A DNA stretch of 64,000 bases. It comes from Octopus vulgaris. Its lineage: Eukaryota. The notes under the pieces were generated by a model. That model did no database searches. It was not told the origin of the DNA and worked only from the letters and a program-made list of their open reading frames with translations. The stretch is from NCBI GenBank assembly GCA_951406725.2, contig OX597823.1, positions 66,092,001-66,156,000 on the forward strand. The letters are read 5' to 3'. The position numbers and the translations under genes are program-made. This document shows positions 41,410 through 54,093 of the stretch, one piece after another (position 1 is the stretch's first letter; the number at the start of each line of letters is the position of its first letter).

Positions 41410-41418
<9 letters not shown>
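40999..41418. repeat. Apparently perfect 203 bp inverted repeat with a 14 nt loop, inserted in (TA)n
   Basis: 40999-41201 is the reverse complement of 41216-41418 with no mismatch seen; loop tgcttcacaatttt. Confidence 0.95.
41236..41280 (+). ncRNA. Hammerhead-like motif (U4C; GAAA-GUAC-UA); mirror copy at 41137-41181 on the minus strand
   Basis: tgaac-CCGAAGA-t tgca gaattcaa tgca t-GAAA-gtac-TA-gttca. 5 bp stem I; palindromic AGTACT at stem III. Confidence 0.65.
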
Positions 41419-41456
<38 letters not shown>

Positions 41457-41658
41457 GTATATCTATATATATTCACTCCCTTTTTAGTCACTACTGTATG
41501 TAACACAGCAACTATAGGTATGTGAGTTAGCTGTGTCCATGAAACTCTGAGTGGTATTAGTTTTCTTTGTGTACATCGTTTACTACTTGTTGCCTCACCT
41601 CACTACTCTTTTAGAGTGGTATAATGCGATGAATTCCTAGCAATGAAGTTATTCTGCT

Positions 41659-41696
<38 letters not shown>

Positions 41697-41985
41697 CAAT
41701 GATAAAATACAAAAGATATGAAAATTCGAGAAAACAGTTTATGAGTGAATATTTTTCGGATACGTACGCAGCTTATCCTGTTGGGAAAAGGTAACACCTT
41801 ATATCTTTTGTACTCTAAGATTGAGTTCTAATGTCAAGATTCAAAGAACATGAAAGTTGCGTATTTTTTAAACATTGAAACGAAATAAAGGTTTAAATGA
41901 GAACACTGTCTTAGTTATTGTCTAAAATAACTACACGTGTGTGAGTTTGAATGAGTATAAATGGATAGATAGATAAACATGCATA

Positions 41986-42067
<82 letters not shown>

Positions 42068-42301
42068 TATTGGAATTGTCCTTGTTTTGTATGTTTCTCA
42101 TTGTGTTCGGCGTTTTTTTTTTTGGTGTTCAGTACCCATATATGCATGTATATATACATGTAGAGGTAGGTACGTACATATATGTATGTATATATGCATA
42201 TGTTGTATTTATTTATTAATTTATAATATGACAGAACGCACGCATCCTTTTCTAAGTCCATTTTCTAAGTAAGATTGCTCTTCTCTCTCTCTCTCTCTCT
42301 G

Positions 42302-42357
<56 letters not shown>

Positions 42358-42645
42358 GTGACGTGAAGACGTGAACGACCAGGCTATCAGATATTGCTAC
42401 AGATATCTGGCCACAATGCGCTTCGCATTGTTTAAGCCTTTAAAATGTCACCACCCCGCTGGCTAGGTGAGCAGGCCAACAGAAAAAAGGAGTGAGACAA
42501 AGTTGCGGCGAAAGAGTACAGCAGGGATCCCCCACCCACCGCCGGAGCACGTGTTTTCGCTTAATAAACACTCACAACTCCCCGGTCTGGGAATAGAAAC
42601 CGCGATCCTGCGACCGCCAGTCCGCTGCACTAACCATTGGGCCAC
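42358..42645 (-). mobile_element. SINE family C (tRNA-Arg-like head)
   Basis: Minus: gtggcccaatggttagtgcagcggactggcggtcgcaggatcgcggtttctattccc with A/B-box-like motifs; flanked by microsatellites. Confidence 0.7.
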
Positions 42646-43606
42646 ACACACACACATATGTATATATATATATATATATATATAAAAAATATATATGCTC
42701 ATATATGTATAGAAATATATTTGTGTATATAGAATATACTTGTGGGTGCGTATGTGTATGTGCATACGTATGTTTCAGGCAGTATAGGTATACATAACTA
42801 TATACATACAAACACGTATATGCATGCGTGTATAAGCAGTGACGCGCAAGAGCGTCTATACCTGTGTGCGTGTACATGTCTTTGCCCATAAAAATATATT
42901 TGTTCTAATTTGAAGAAATACTTTGTCATCTGCTTTCAGACAAAAAGTGTCAAGATAATACTGAGTGTGAAAAGTAACTCCTGTTGTGTCTTTTAGTAAA
43001 CTTCTGTAAATCTTGCTGTGAGTATATGTTTTATGGCGTCGTTTCTCACAATAAATGTATTTTGCTCTTGTAATTAAATAGAAGATCAAAAAGATACTGG
43101 TTGAAGTATTTTATGAAAAAAGAAATACGCGAATTACACGAAACGGATTTACTACATAAAGGAAAGAAGCTCTCCTGCTTATGGAACATACATTTTATAT
43201 AAATGCTCGAGCGAATTTTTACCTCAAGAAAACTACCAAAAATAAAAACACGCATTCGTGCATTATAAAATAATGTAGATACCTAATTGAAAAGATGTAT
43301 CTCTTCACAGAATACATACGAAGATAAGATACTTATTGAGAAAACGATCAAATCTGTTTAGATGTTTTAGTGCATTATCCATAGAAATGTTCATATATAA
43401 AGAAGAAACATACATTCATTTTTTTTTATAGTTTTACTGTCAATATGTAATTCCAAGTTTCTGCAAAGTATTCTCTACTTCCTGTATTATGCGCCTATCT
43501 AATACAATACTTAAAGTGGTAAAGTGGTAATTCCATATTTCTCTGTTCTTTTCTCTTGCTTTCAATTAATCTATTACATGTATATATAAATATTACATGC
43601 GTAAAT

Positions 43607-43672
<66 letters not shown>

Positions 43673-43674
43673 TG

Positions 43675-43712
<38 letters not shown>

Positions 43713-44251
43713 GATGTATATATATATATTTATTTATGTATATATATATATATATGAGCGTAGTGCGTGTGTGTGTGTGTAAAATATGCATACATATGTA
43801 TATACATATATAAAATGAAAAATAAACGTATGTATACAGACACACGCACGAACACACATATCATAAACCCAAACACATTCACATAAACGCGCACTTAGAC
43901 AAATATATCTGTATCTAATATAGAACAGTTCTTTCAAAGATCATACGTCGCTCTAGTTTTTAAGTTCTTTTCCTATAGATCTTCATTTGCCTAATAACTT
44001 TCTATTTTGGATTTCAGGTAATCTGTCCACTTAATCTTTAGTTCGCAAAGCTATTACTCAAACATTGTAATAGTTTCTTAGTGTCATTATTTGAGAAAAA
44101 ATAGTTGAGTGTTCGCGCATTGCATTCGTCGCAAAAGATCATGTATACGCCATTATAACTGAAAGAATCATATACTACGAATTTCAAACAAATTCACTAA
44201 ATTTCCTTAATTTAAAATCTTTGTTTATTTTACATGTGCTACGCCAATATG

Positions 44252-44648
44252 TTACTCTTACTCTTTTACTCTTTTACATGTTTCAGTCATTTGACTGCGG
44301 CCATGCTGGAGCACCGCCTTTAGTCGAGCAAATCGACCCCGGAACTTATTCTTTGTAAGCCCAGTACTTATTCTATCGGACTCTTTTGCCGAACCGCTAA
44401 GTGACGGGGACGTAAACACACCAGCATCGGTTGTCAAGCAATGCTAGGGGGACAAACACAGACACACACATATATATATACACATATATACGACAGGCTT
44501 CTTTCAGTATCCGTCTACCAAATCCACTCACAAGGCATTGGTCGGCCCGGGGCTATAGCAGAAGACACTTGCCCAAGATGCCACGCATTGGGACTGAACC
44601 CGGAACCATGTGGTTGGTTAGCAAACTACTTACCACACAGCCACTCCT
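44252..44648 (-). mobile_element. SINE family A, full length and little diverged
   Basis: Near-identical reverse complement of 7604-8026, including the repeated tail. Confidence 0.92.
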
Positions 44649-45798
44649 ATACTTTTTTTGTAATTTGCTGCTGATAAATCTTTCATTTTTATTTCCTTGT
44701 GTTGTAGCCAACGGGTGTGTAACGCTTAGTGAGTTTGAGTTTACATCCATATGCATGTGAGGAGTAGATTCGGCGGGTTCAGCATAATCAAAATCCATGG
44801 TTCAATGCAGAGGAAGGCAGCTGAGTCAATGCATTGTGGTGAGCAGGGAGCAAGATGAGGCGAGCAAAAGATCTTAGTCGACCACTTCATCCCTTTCCAG
44901 CCCCAGATATCTTGACTTAGCGTAGCCGCTGAATTGAAGATGGTTGGAGAAAAAAGAGTGGGGCTGGCGGTGCGCAACTCAGGATCACTTTAAACAAAAT
45001 CACTCTACATGATTTGTATCATTTCCAGAAAGAATTAATCATAATCATCGTCAATCCGACAGTCGAACATGATTGAGTATGGCGCGGCCTATTAATGTTT
45101 GTCTGAGAAATTCTAATTTTTTATGTTATATTATTATAATGTACTACACTGGCATTAAATGTAACAAGCTGCTTCGAGAAGTTTCCAAATGATCTCTTCA
45201 CAAATTTTGCATGACAAAAGTCTAATGGCTTGCAAGTTTTATACTTTTCCGTTGAAGAATGATATTTTTCTACTATATACAAAATTAGAATTCGTGGTGA
45301 GGTATGACAGACGGTGTATTAGTTTTCTGAGATGGGCAACCAGATTACACTTTTTTCTTTGCTTTTGCATATCTTCGTGCTTGTGTATTTGTAATGGCTA
45401 CTTCGTCAGTTGTAACTATGTTCATTGACCTATATCGATAGTGTACTACACAACCTCAAGTAATGTAATGCAAAACTCGTTAAAATGTAGTTTTATAACT
45501 TATTCTGTACCTCAGTGGAGATGGTCATCATCGCAGTGAATGAACAGGAATTTATGTGTTTTATGGCATTCTTTATGCCCTTGATTTATTTTTAAGAATG
45601 GGGTGATAAACTAGTCTGAATTTATTATTGTGCTTGACATTAACGGTTTACGAATAGCAAAGGAGATGAGAAAATTTATTAATAAGACACAAATTATGGA
45701 AAGTACTTGTAGTTTAGTTTACCGTAGGAATGCTTATAAATGACGGCCAAAAGTCTATCGGATATTGGAATTCTCCCTTTCACCTACGTATGTGTATA

Positions 45799-45873
<75 letters not shown>

Positions 45874-46483
45874 ACGTATATGTACATATGTGTGTATGTG
45901 TGTGTATGTGTGTGTGTGTGTGTATTCGTGCATGTGAAGTTTGCATCATCTCACATGAAACTTTGAAGTATGTTTTGGCAACCATGAATAATATCATGAG
46001 TAAATATGAAATAAAATATGATAATTATGAGTGAACTTTTATCTAATTTTGCCTTCCTCTTTATTTCTTTCGCACGGTAATCTTCGTTCCTTTACTTGCT
46101 TATTATATACTTGTTAATGAAATTTTGCAAATATTCATTCATTCGTTTTCTGTGGTATACATTATGATTCTGTAACTGACATTAAATTAATTCTAAGAAG
46201 ACTTTTAGACGTTTTAACATTTCTGATTTTGTTTCCTTATAATCCTTGTTAAAATGAATACTTTTAAATAACATTTCGCAGAAATAAATTCCCGAGAATG
46301 TATATGAAATAATGTTGATGTTTCAAACACATAAACTGTAATGAAGGCCAAATAATATATTAAAGTTACAGAGGTACTAATGAAATTCAGGATGCACTAG
46401 ATGACGGTCGAATAGGCCTAATTTATTTAAGTTTTCCCTTAATCTTTTTATCTTCCACGCTTATTATTTATATATATATATAT

Positions 46484-46670
46484 GATAGATCGTTAGCCAC
46501 TACACACATACTTATTTCTTGCATTGTTTTTTCTGTGTACCTTTCTGTAGAAGAGCGTAGGCTCGAAATGTAAAACACTTTTTTTCTATTCCTGAGCGCT
46601 ATACTAATACATCTGTTTGGTTTGTACACCACCTGTCTTCCTCTTTTGTTTATTTTCGTAAAATTTCCTT
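46484..46670 (+). mobile_element. Short pLTR-like unit in (TA)n with an HHR-like variant at 46542-46575
   Basis: ttt-CTGTAGA-agagc gtag gctc-GAAAT-GTA-aaa, then ttcctgagcg; homologous to 12185-12370. Confidence 0.55.
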
Positions 46671-46708
46671 TTATATATATATAAATGAGTAACAAAGATG
46701 CACATGTG

Positions 46709-47010
46709 TCAATTCATTACAGCTGTCTCAAGCGACTCCTTTAATTGATTAATGAAAACATTACCTCATTTGAAAGAAACCCTTCTCTTCAGATGATCGC
46801 ATAGACTTCAAACATAAAGGATACAAACATTTCCTTAACATATTCACACAAATAATGGATCTCAAAATATTTACAATCTTTCTTTTGTTATATTATGCCA
46901 CAGAAAAGACAAAAGGAACAAGAAAATAGTTGTATCCTTTAAGTTTGAAGTCTATGCGGTCATCTGAATTAAAGGAGTCGCTTGAAACGGCCGTAATGAT
47001 TTGATACCTG
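46709..47010. mobile_element. Inverted pLTR-like repeat with HHR-like motifs in both arms
   Basis: Minus arm 46714-46796: tcat-CTGAAGA..aaggagtcgctt-GAGAC-agct-GTA-atga. Plus arm 46960-46999: tcat-CTGAA[deletion]..aaggagtcgctt-GAAAC-ggcc-GTA-atga. Related to the 36.6-37.4 kb pair. Confidence 0.65.
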
Positions 47011-47539
47011 TAAAAAAAGGTTCGGATCAACTTCCAAATGTTCTTTCAGTTCAGGACACGATTTTGATCATACGTGATCAAGTGAGGCACAAATTTTGCT
47101 GCAGCGCTTTTCATTCGCAATTCCTCGCTCAAAATTCTCAGGCAGGAGCTCCAGCACATATCAGTTTGTCAATAATTTGGCGACGATCCTCACAGATCAG
47201 TTCACGAATTTTCGGAAGGTCGACGGTCACGCTCAACGACGTTGGACTTCAAGCGACAAGTGACAAGCTGTTTGAAGCATGAGAATTGTTTCGGCGGTTG
47301 TTATCTCCAGCTGAAAACAGAACTTCACGGAAGCACGCTGTCGTTTCCTATCAGCCATTGAAAAATCCGATGAACAGAGGAGAAGCACAAAGACGTGGCA
47401 GTACGACTCCTAACGATGACGCCAGCCGGCAGATTGATAGTTGAGGAATGCATCAAGTGGCTTCTAGCGGCAGAAATCTGAACTACAAAGGGCTTGTCCC
47501 ACATAGAAGGTTTCCGGTTACTTATGGTTATCCCCTCGT
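47010..47539 (-). mobile_element. Mariner 5' remnant
   Basis: Minus peptides KIRELICEDRR and RILSEELRMKSAAAKFVPHLIT; terminus cacgaggggataacc next to TA. Confidence 0.75.
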
Positions 47540-47543
47540 GTAA

Positions 47544-47570
47544 AGATAGATAGATATATTGATAGACAGG

Positions 47571-47650
<80 letters not shown>

Positions 47651-47711
47651 CAGATAGACAGATATATAGATAGATGGATACATAGATAGATAGATAGATA
47701 GATAGATAGAC

Positions 47712-47780
<69 letters not shown>
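47544..47780. repeat. (AGAT)n microsatellite
   Basis: Read directly from the sequence. Confidence 0.95.
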
Positions 47781-48470
47781 TAAACAATAACACAGAAGTA
47801 GTGAGGTTCACAAACAGCTGCTTCAGACCTGTAACACTTTGGAATCATTTAAAAGGGATGGGAGCTTTTTTCTTTTTTTCTTTCTTTATCCTTTTTCTCC
47901 CCGTTATTTGTCTTTATTTTTCTTCTTCTACTTAAGTCCCTTAAACATGTTGATTAATTTATTACCGTGCATATTTAACATTGAAATAGCACTTCGTATT
48001 TCCTCTCTCAGCTGTAACCGTGATAAGGGGTTCACTACTCAATATATACATTTTGTGTGAAAAATCCTAAATTTTACACTTAATTCACCTGAAGAAAACG
48101 ATGTTTATTTCTTACATGATATTGTTTCGTTCATTAATATAGAATATATCTAAAACAGTCTGTAGTCAACCTCAGCCCATCTGTGTTATTAATTATGCTT
48201 CACCACACTCGAATGCCTCTCAGTGTTGCCTCTTGGGCCTATGGTGAACTGTGGAATATGTGCTTAATTATACTTCTGTGTGACATTCCGTTGTGCATTT
48301 GGTCAATACTTGTGAATGTATGCTTAAATACAAGGACAAATCCGTATTTATTTTTGTAAGAACAGGAGTGTCTGGACACATTGTTAGTGCACAAGTACGC
48401 TACACTGGTGCCATTGTCATTTAAATACCTTGATTCTACCGGATCCTGGATATTTTATAATATATGCATA

Positions 48471-48507
<37 letters not shown>

Positions 48508-49074
48508 ACACACACACACACGCACACGCACTTTTTCATTTTCTCTGTCTCACACACAAATACGTATTTAGTTAGAAAAGAAAATAGTATGTGAGAGTTA
48601 ATTAGTGTGTTCGTGTGTTCGTGTGTGCCTATACGCGCGCATGTGTGTGTATATGTGAACTTCCATTCAACACAGTATTTTTGTTTTCGTTTTTATTAAC
48701 TTTTTGCATAAAAAGTAGAAATAAGGAGAAAATATATTCTTCTCAATATTGTCAATACTCTTAAATGCATATGTATCTATATTAATTAGATGTTTTAAAT
48801 TCTTAATCGTCAAGTACACTAACACATATGTTTGAATTCACTGTGACATGCATGTATTTATTCGCCGGATATATCCTTTTATTGACACCTCGTTCTTCTA
48901 TTCCTAATCCGCTGTCTCCTTGATTTTCTCTCCGTGTCTGCATAGCGTTCTTTTAATCTTAGACTAACAGGAAGCCGTAATCATGTGCGTCTTATGTCAA
49001 CTTTCCATTCAAACTTCTCTTTCAGTACTATATAAAGCGTGACTTGTTAAATCATTCAGCCATCATAAACATAA

Positions 49075-49108
<34 letters not shown>

Positions 49109-49110
<2 letters not shown>

Positions 49111-49560
49111 CGTGATGCACATATGCCATTTGAATATGGCTAACCCATAAGGGTGGATGCTACTGTAGTTTGTAGCCCCAGGAAGATATCTCCTCCAGCT
49201 GGCCATAGACACACTATCTGTGTCCAGTCAGTGTCAAATCGACACTGGAAAAAGTATATGTATTTGTGAAGGGATCTGACTTCTTATCGACAACCATGAT
49301 TGTCACACGCTGATGAAAGGTAAACACCTTGAAACTCGGGTACGTGTGTATCATGTGTTGAAGACGGGGAGGATGACTCCCCTTCACAAATACTGACAGG
49401 ACACAGATAGTGTGTCTATGGCCAGCTGGAGGAGATATCTTCCTGGGGCTACAAACTTCAGTAGCATCCACTCTTATGGGTTAGCCATATTCAAATGGCA
49501 TATGTGCATCACGATGTGTTACCGCTACTGTATATAACTCGCTCTGAGATTTATCATTAT
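49109..49560 (+). mobile_element. Rod-like pLTR/retrozyme-like insert in (TA)n: 124 bp inverted arms enclosing a hammerhead, plus a ~45 nt tail
   Basis: 49109-49232 vs 49392-49515 with 3 mismatches; inner pairing gtatttgtgaaggg/cccttcacaaatac; (TA)n on both sides. Confidence 0.85.
49304..49348 (+). ncRNA. Type I hammerhead ribozyme with a fully canonical core
   Basis: cacacg-CTGATGA-aaggt aaac acctt-GAAAC-tcgg-GTA-cgtgtg. 6 bp stem I extended by atgat/atcat; 5 bp stem II; predicted cleavage after 49342. Confidence 0.88.
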
Positions 49561-50040
49561 ATATATATATATATATATATATCGTTGTTATTATGAAAAA
49601 GTGTCGTAAGTCCAAATCGGTGATTTTTCAGAAAATGAAAATTTAGTTCCACATTTCCTTAGAAATTCGTTGTAATATACTTGGACAAGTTTGGATATCT
49701 TGGTTTCTGAGGTAGCTGGAGATACGATAGTATAACCAAAATAACTGGCTATTGCAAGCAAAGATAATATTGAGAGAAAAAACACGCATTTGGCCGAATT
49801 TGATCCCAAATTTTATTTTGGTACGTATGGAAGCAACTGTCTTCGGAGATTCATGTTGTCGTTTAATACTCAAGATGTGAAGTAGGTAGAAAGCAGACAA
49901 CTGATGAAGGGCCATTCTTTACGTTACTTGTCTTGTTTTCCATTTGTTTCTCTCACTGCTTTCGTATTGATGGCATTTGTTTTCTTATGTCATGTTGTTT
50001 ACTGTTGGTGAAGTCCTGTACGCATATATGCATATGTATG

Positions 50041-50207
50041 TACATCACCCCTAATATCTGGCTACCTAATTCCCCAGACTCCAACCCCGCTTGATTAATA
50101 TGTGTGGGACACAGTTGAGCGGGAGACCAACAAAATTTTTTGTAACACCAAATACGAGCTAAAGACAAGAATTATGGTTGCATTCACCAACCTAAACAAA
50201 GAGACCG
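50041..50207 (+). mobile_element. maT/DD37D-like transposase fragment (same family as 25218-25795)
   Basis: ITPNIWLPNSPDSNP..VWDTVERETNK..CNTKYELKTRI. Confidence 0.75.
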
Positions 50208-50448
50208 GTGCCTTTGTTGAGTAGTATATATTTATTTATTAATATATTAACTTTAGGCGTGAAAATGCTTGTTTTACCACAGAAATAATTAAAACCGAAA
50301 AAATATATGAATACCTATCGGCCGCAATAAGCCGCAATATACTGAGGAACCTCCTTTTTAAATTTACATATAATAGCCAGAAAAATCTGCGATGTACTGA
50401 GAGCGCGATAACTTGTTACATGCAGAAAGAGTGTTACTCCTGCCGCAC

Positions 50449-50497
<49 letters not shown>

Positions 50498-50912
50498 TGC
50501 AAATACAGATATGAAATGCGATCTGAGGATCGGCAATGTGGCACCATCATGACCATAGATTTAAAGATTCAAGACCACACTTACATATAGTAGCTGAAGG
50601 TACATAGGTGGCATATGTGCGAGGACTGCTAGATCAAGTGATTTCAATGCACAGCGGCAATCTTCACTGATGTCGGGAATAGGCTGCAGGCTATTTAATG
50701 AATAAATGTCAGCGACAGTGTCGGTATTACTACCGAAATACAATCCCCATATCCTACATCATGTAGACATATTTTACTATGCTAAATATTGCGGAATTCG
50801 TCATCGTGCTGCATCAACTTTAAGTAGGGCATAAATATTGTCAATTTTTATACATCAATATAAATATAAAGATATACCTATGAATATATAGCACATAGAT
50901 GCATGTACATTT

Positions 50913-50944
<32 letters not shown>

Positions 50945-51021
50945 AGAGACAGAGAGACAGAGAGAGAGAGACAGAGAGAGAGAGACAGAGAGAGAGACAG
51001 AGAGAGACAGAGAGAGAGACA

Positions 51022-51117
<96 letters not shown>

Positions 51118-51597
51118 TACATGCATACGTTTATATATAAATATGTGTGTGTGTTTGTCTATCTGTGTGACCGACAGTGTGCGTGTGATTTTTTAAGTGT
51201 TTATATAACATAAAATTATAATTATTATCATATTTTCTTAAAATGGCGAAATTTTTATGAGATATGTATGCAAATTATCAATTTATATATCTCTTCTTTA
51301 TACAACGTGTTATCAATCTATGTATCAATTAATTTTGAACTGCTCTTTTCTCTAGCAATCGTGTAAACAATTTGAATACTAAAGTGAATATGAACCTATA
51401 TAATTGGACTAGTGTTGGTTAAGTGGAAGCAGATGATAGCGTATTATTATTTCAGAAACGCTGAGGCATATTCTCACACCGACTCAGCCACATTGCGTCA
51501 TACATATTCATAAGAATATTAAAACTTATTCATGTGATTATATATATCCGTGTTTATAGATATATCTATATCACTAAATGTGTGTGTGTACATACAT

Positions 51598-51643
<46 letters not shown>

Positions 51644-51799
51644 GCGGATACGCCTATGTAAATGCAAACACGTACGTACTTACATATACATGTTCATATA
51701 GAAATATTTATACATATATATGATCAAGTATACGTGTCAATGTAGACATATGTATGTATGCATGTATTTATACTTATATATATATATATATATGTATAT

Positions 51800-51842
<43 letters not shown>

Positions 51843-53690
51843 AGGAGGTGTATGTTCGTCGTATGTATGTGAGCTACCTTGCGTCGCATAAAAATTTAAT
51901 CATGCTTTATTATTTCCAATTATCCTTCACGTACATCAAACTTAGAAGATTTATGTTACTACATCCTGTTATTATTGTCAATATAAAAAAAGTTTCAGCG
52001 TTTATTTACATATGTTTTTATGCACAGTATATATACCTTAACTTGTTATAGACTTTTAGTGGCTATTTGTCTGTCTTTGTGGTATTATTTTAGACTACCT
52101 ATTCAGTTTATTGCAGTTCACACGCTCTCTCTTACGTGTTTCTGGACGTTGACCACAAACCAATTTTCTTCGTCTCATTATCAACAAAATTATTTTTAAG
52201 CTGTTTACCACCTCTTTGCTCTTGTTTTTATGTTTGCGTTTCGTAGATACAAAATTGTTTCCTCAGTACTACCGACAACTCTTGGAATTGTTCTCCCCCA
52301 AACATTTATATTAACCAGAACGCCCTTGGTTGAAGATATATGAACGCACTTAGTTTACGATACAAGCTAAGAACGCCTGTGCATTATGATATAAACTTCA
52401 TGCTATAATAAAATTATCTTACATTAAACGATTCATCAATCTTCCATGTTCGAAACAAGCTTACAAATGACAAAGTTTTTGTAATAGATTCATTATATTC
52501 AAAATTAATTCAAAAAGGCAGTGCATTTCAACAGAAACAGGATAATAGTAATATTGCACCCCCACTTTGAGCTCTCATCCGGAAATTACGGGAGTAAATT
52601 TGTAAACTTTTATCATAATTATACTCAACCATTTGAATAGATTCAAAGTACCCCAAAAATATTTGGAATATTCAATTTGTATTATTCATTTTCGGATATA
52701 GGCACATAGTTGTAGCATGTGATAAACTACCTAAATTTTAAGCAACAAATAACTGCGTATTTTGTTCCAAATACAATTTGAATAAATGATGTTTTTCTTT
52801 TACCTTATGCATTTTGAATTTAAGTTGAGAAATCATTGATAATTTTATGGTTTTGTCAGCCATTGTTCCATGCACTGCATATCTATTTCATGCAATATTT
52901 TAATATAGTCTTTATTATGCTTGTATAATGGAGACTATAGATTATATGCAGTCGAACAACTGAAAATGTACGACGGATTTGTCATTTTCAACAGTAGTGA
53001 AACCATTACTTATTTATTAACAGTGCTTCACTTCATCATATTAACATCATAGCAAATAAGTACATACAAACAAGTAAATTTACATATATAAATGTCTTTC
53101 AGTTTATATATCTATCTCTATGTGTGCAATTACACGCTCACACACACATATAAGAATGAATGTATATATATATATATATGTACTGCTGGTGCAAGAATAG
53201 GTGGACTTTTCAATGTAATTCAGCATTGAAACAATCATCAAAGTATAAATTGTATGTAATTATAATGATTAAAATCTACATATGCTTACCATGAAGAAGA
53301 AATCTATTTCTTACGATAGGAGGGGATTCTTTATTCCTGAGATCGATAAACTTTTCAATGCTATTCGAAGCTGTTGCTTGTTTACAGAGTTCTGTATTTT
53401 GCAGCGGTAAAATGAGACGCTTCGGAAAGAAAATTCGTAAGGTATTTACTTCGTTATGAATCTCAGCAGTTCTCCATAGCACCACATTTATAATGTGACA
53501 TATTTTTGCTGACCATCCTGTCGTCAAACGATTGCTTGATAGTGTTTTCCGTTGTCCTGTATTACATTTATAACACATAACTTAAAATCGGCCGACCATT
53601 TTTGCATCTTAACTCCATGGCCGAACGCTTCCATTCTTGTTTTGTATTTAATTCACAGGCACAAAAGATGTATATGTATCTATATATATA

Positions 53691-54093
53691 TTCTTTTTAT
53701 TCTTTTTTCTTTTATTTGTTTCAGTAATTTGACTGCAGCAATGCTGGATCATCGCCTTTAGTCGAACAAATCGACCCCAAGAATTATTCTTTGTAAGCCT
53801 AGTATTTATTCTATCCGTCTCTTTTGACGAACCGCAAAGTTTCGGGGACGTAAACACACCAACATCGGTTGTCAAGCTATGGTGGAGGGACAAACACACA
53901 TACACAAACATACACACACACACACGCATATATACGACGGGCTTCTTGCATTTTCCGTCTACCAAATCCACTTACAAAGATTTGGTCGGCCCTAAGCTAT
54001 AGTAGAAGACACTTGCCCAAGGTTCCACGCAGTGGGACCGAACCCAGAACAATCTGGTTGGCAATCAAGCTATTTAGCACACAGCAACTCCTG
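53691..54093 (-). mobile_element. SINE family A, full length
   Basis: Collinear with 44252-44648. Confidence 0.9.

Noticed and set aside
42575-42645. tRNA-like sequence
   Set aside because: No complete cloverleaf, and it continues into a SINE body, so it is treated as a SINE head.
44745-44985. GC-rich patch with PTLFS and DLLL snippets resembling an RTE reverse transcriptase
   Set aside because: The catalytic ADD motif is absent and the similarity is too weak to call.
49896-49932. gacaa-CTGATGA-...-ttgtc hammerhead-like start
   Set aside because: There is no GAAA strand or stem II; at most a deleted relic.
50585-50753. Minus-strand open stretch ending at GTAAGT
   Set aside because: No pyrimidine tract at the acceptor and no recognisable domain.
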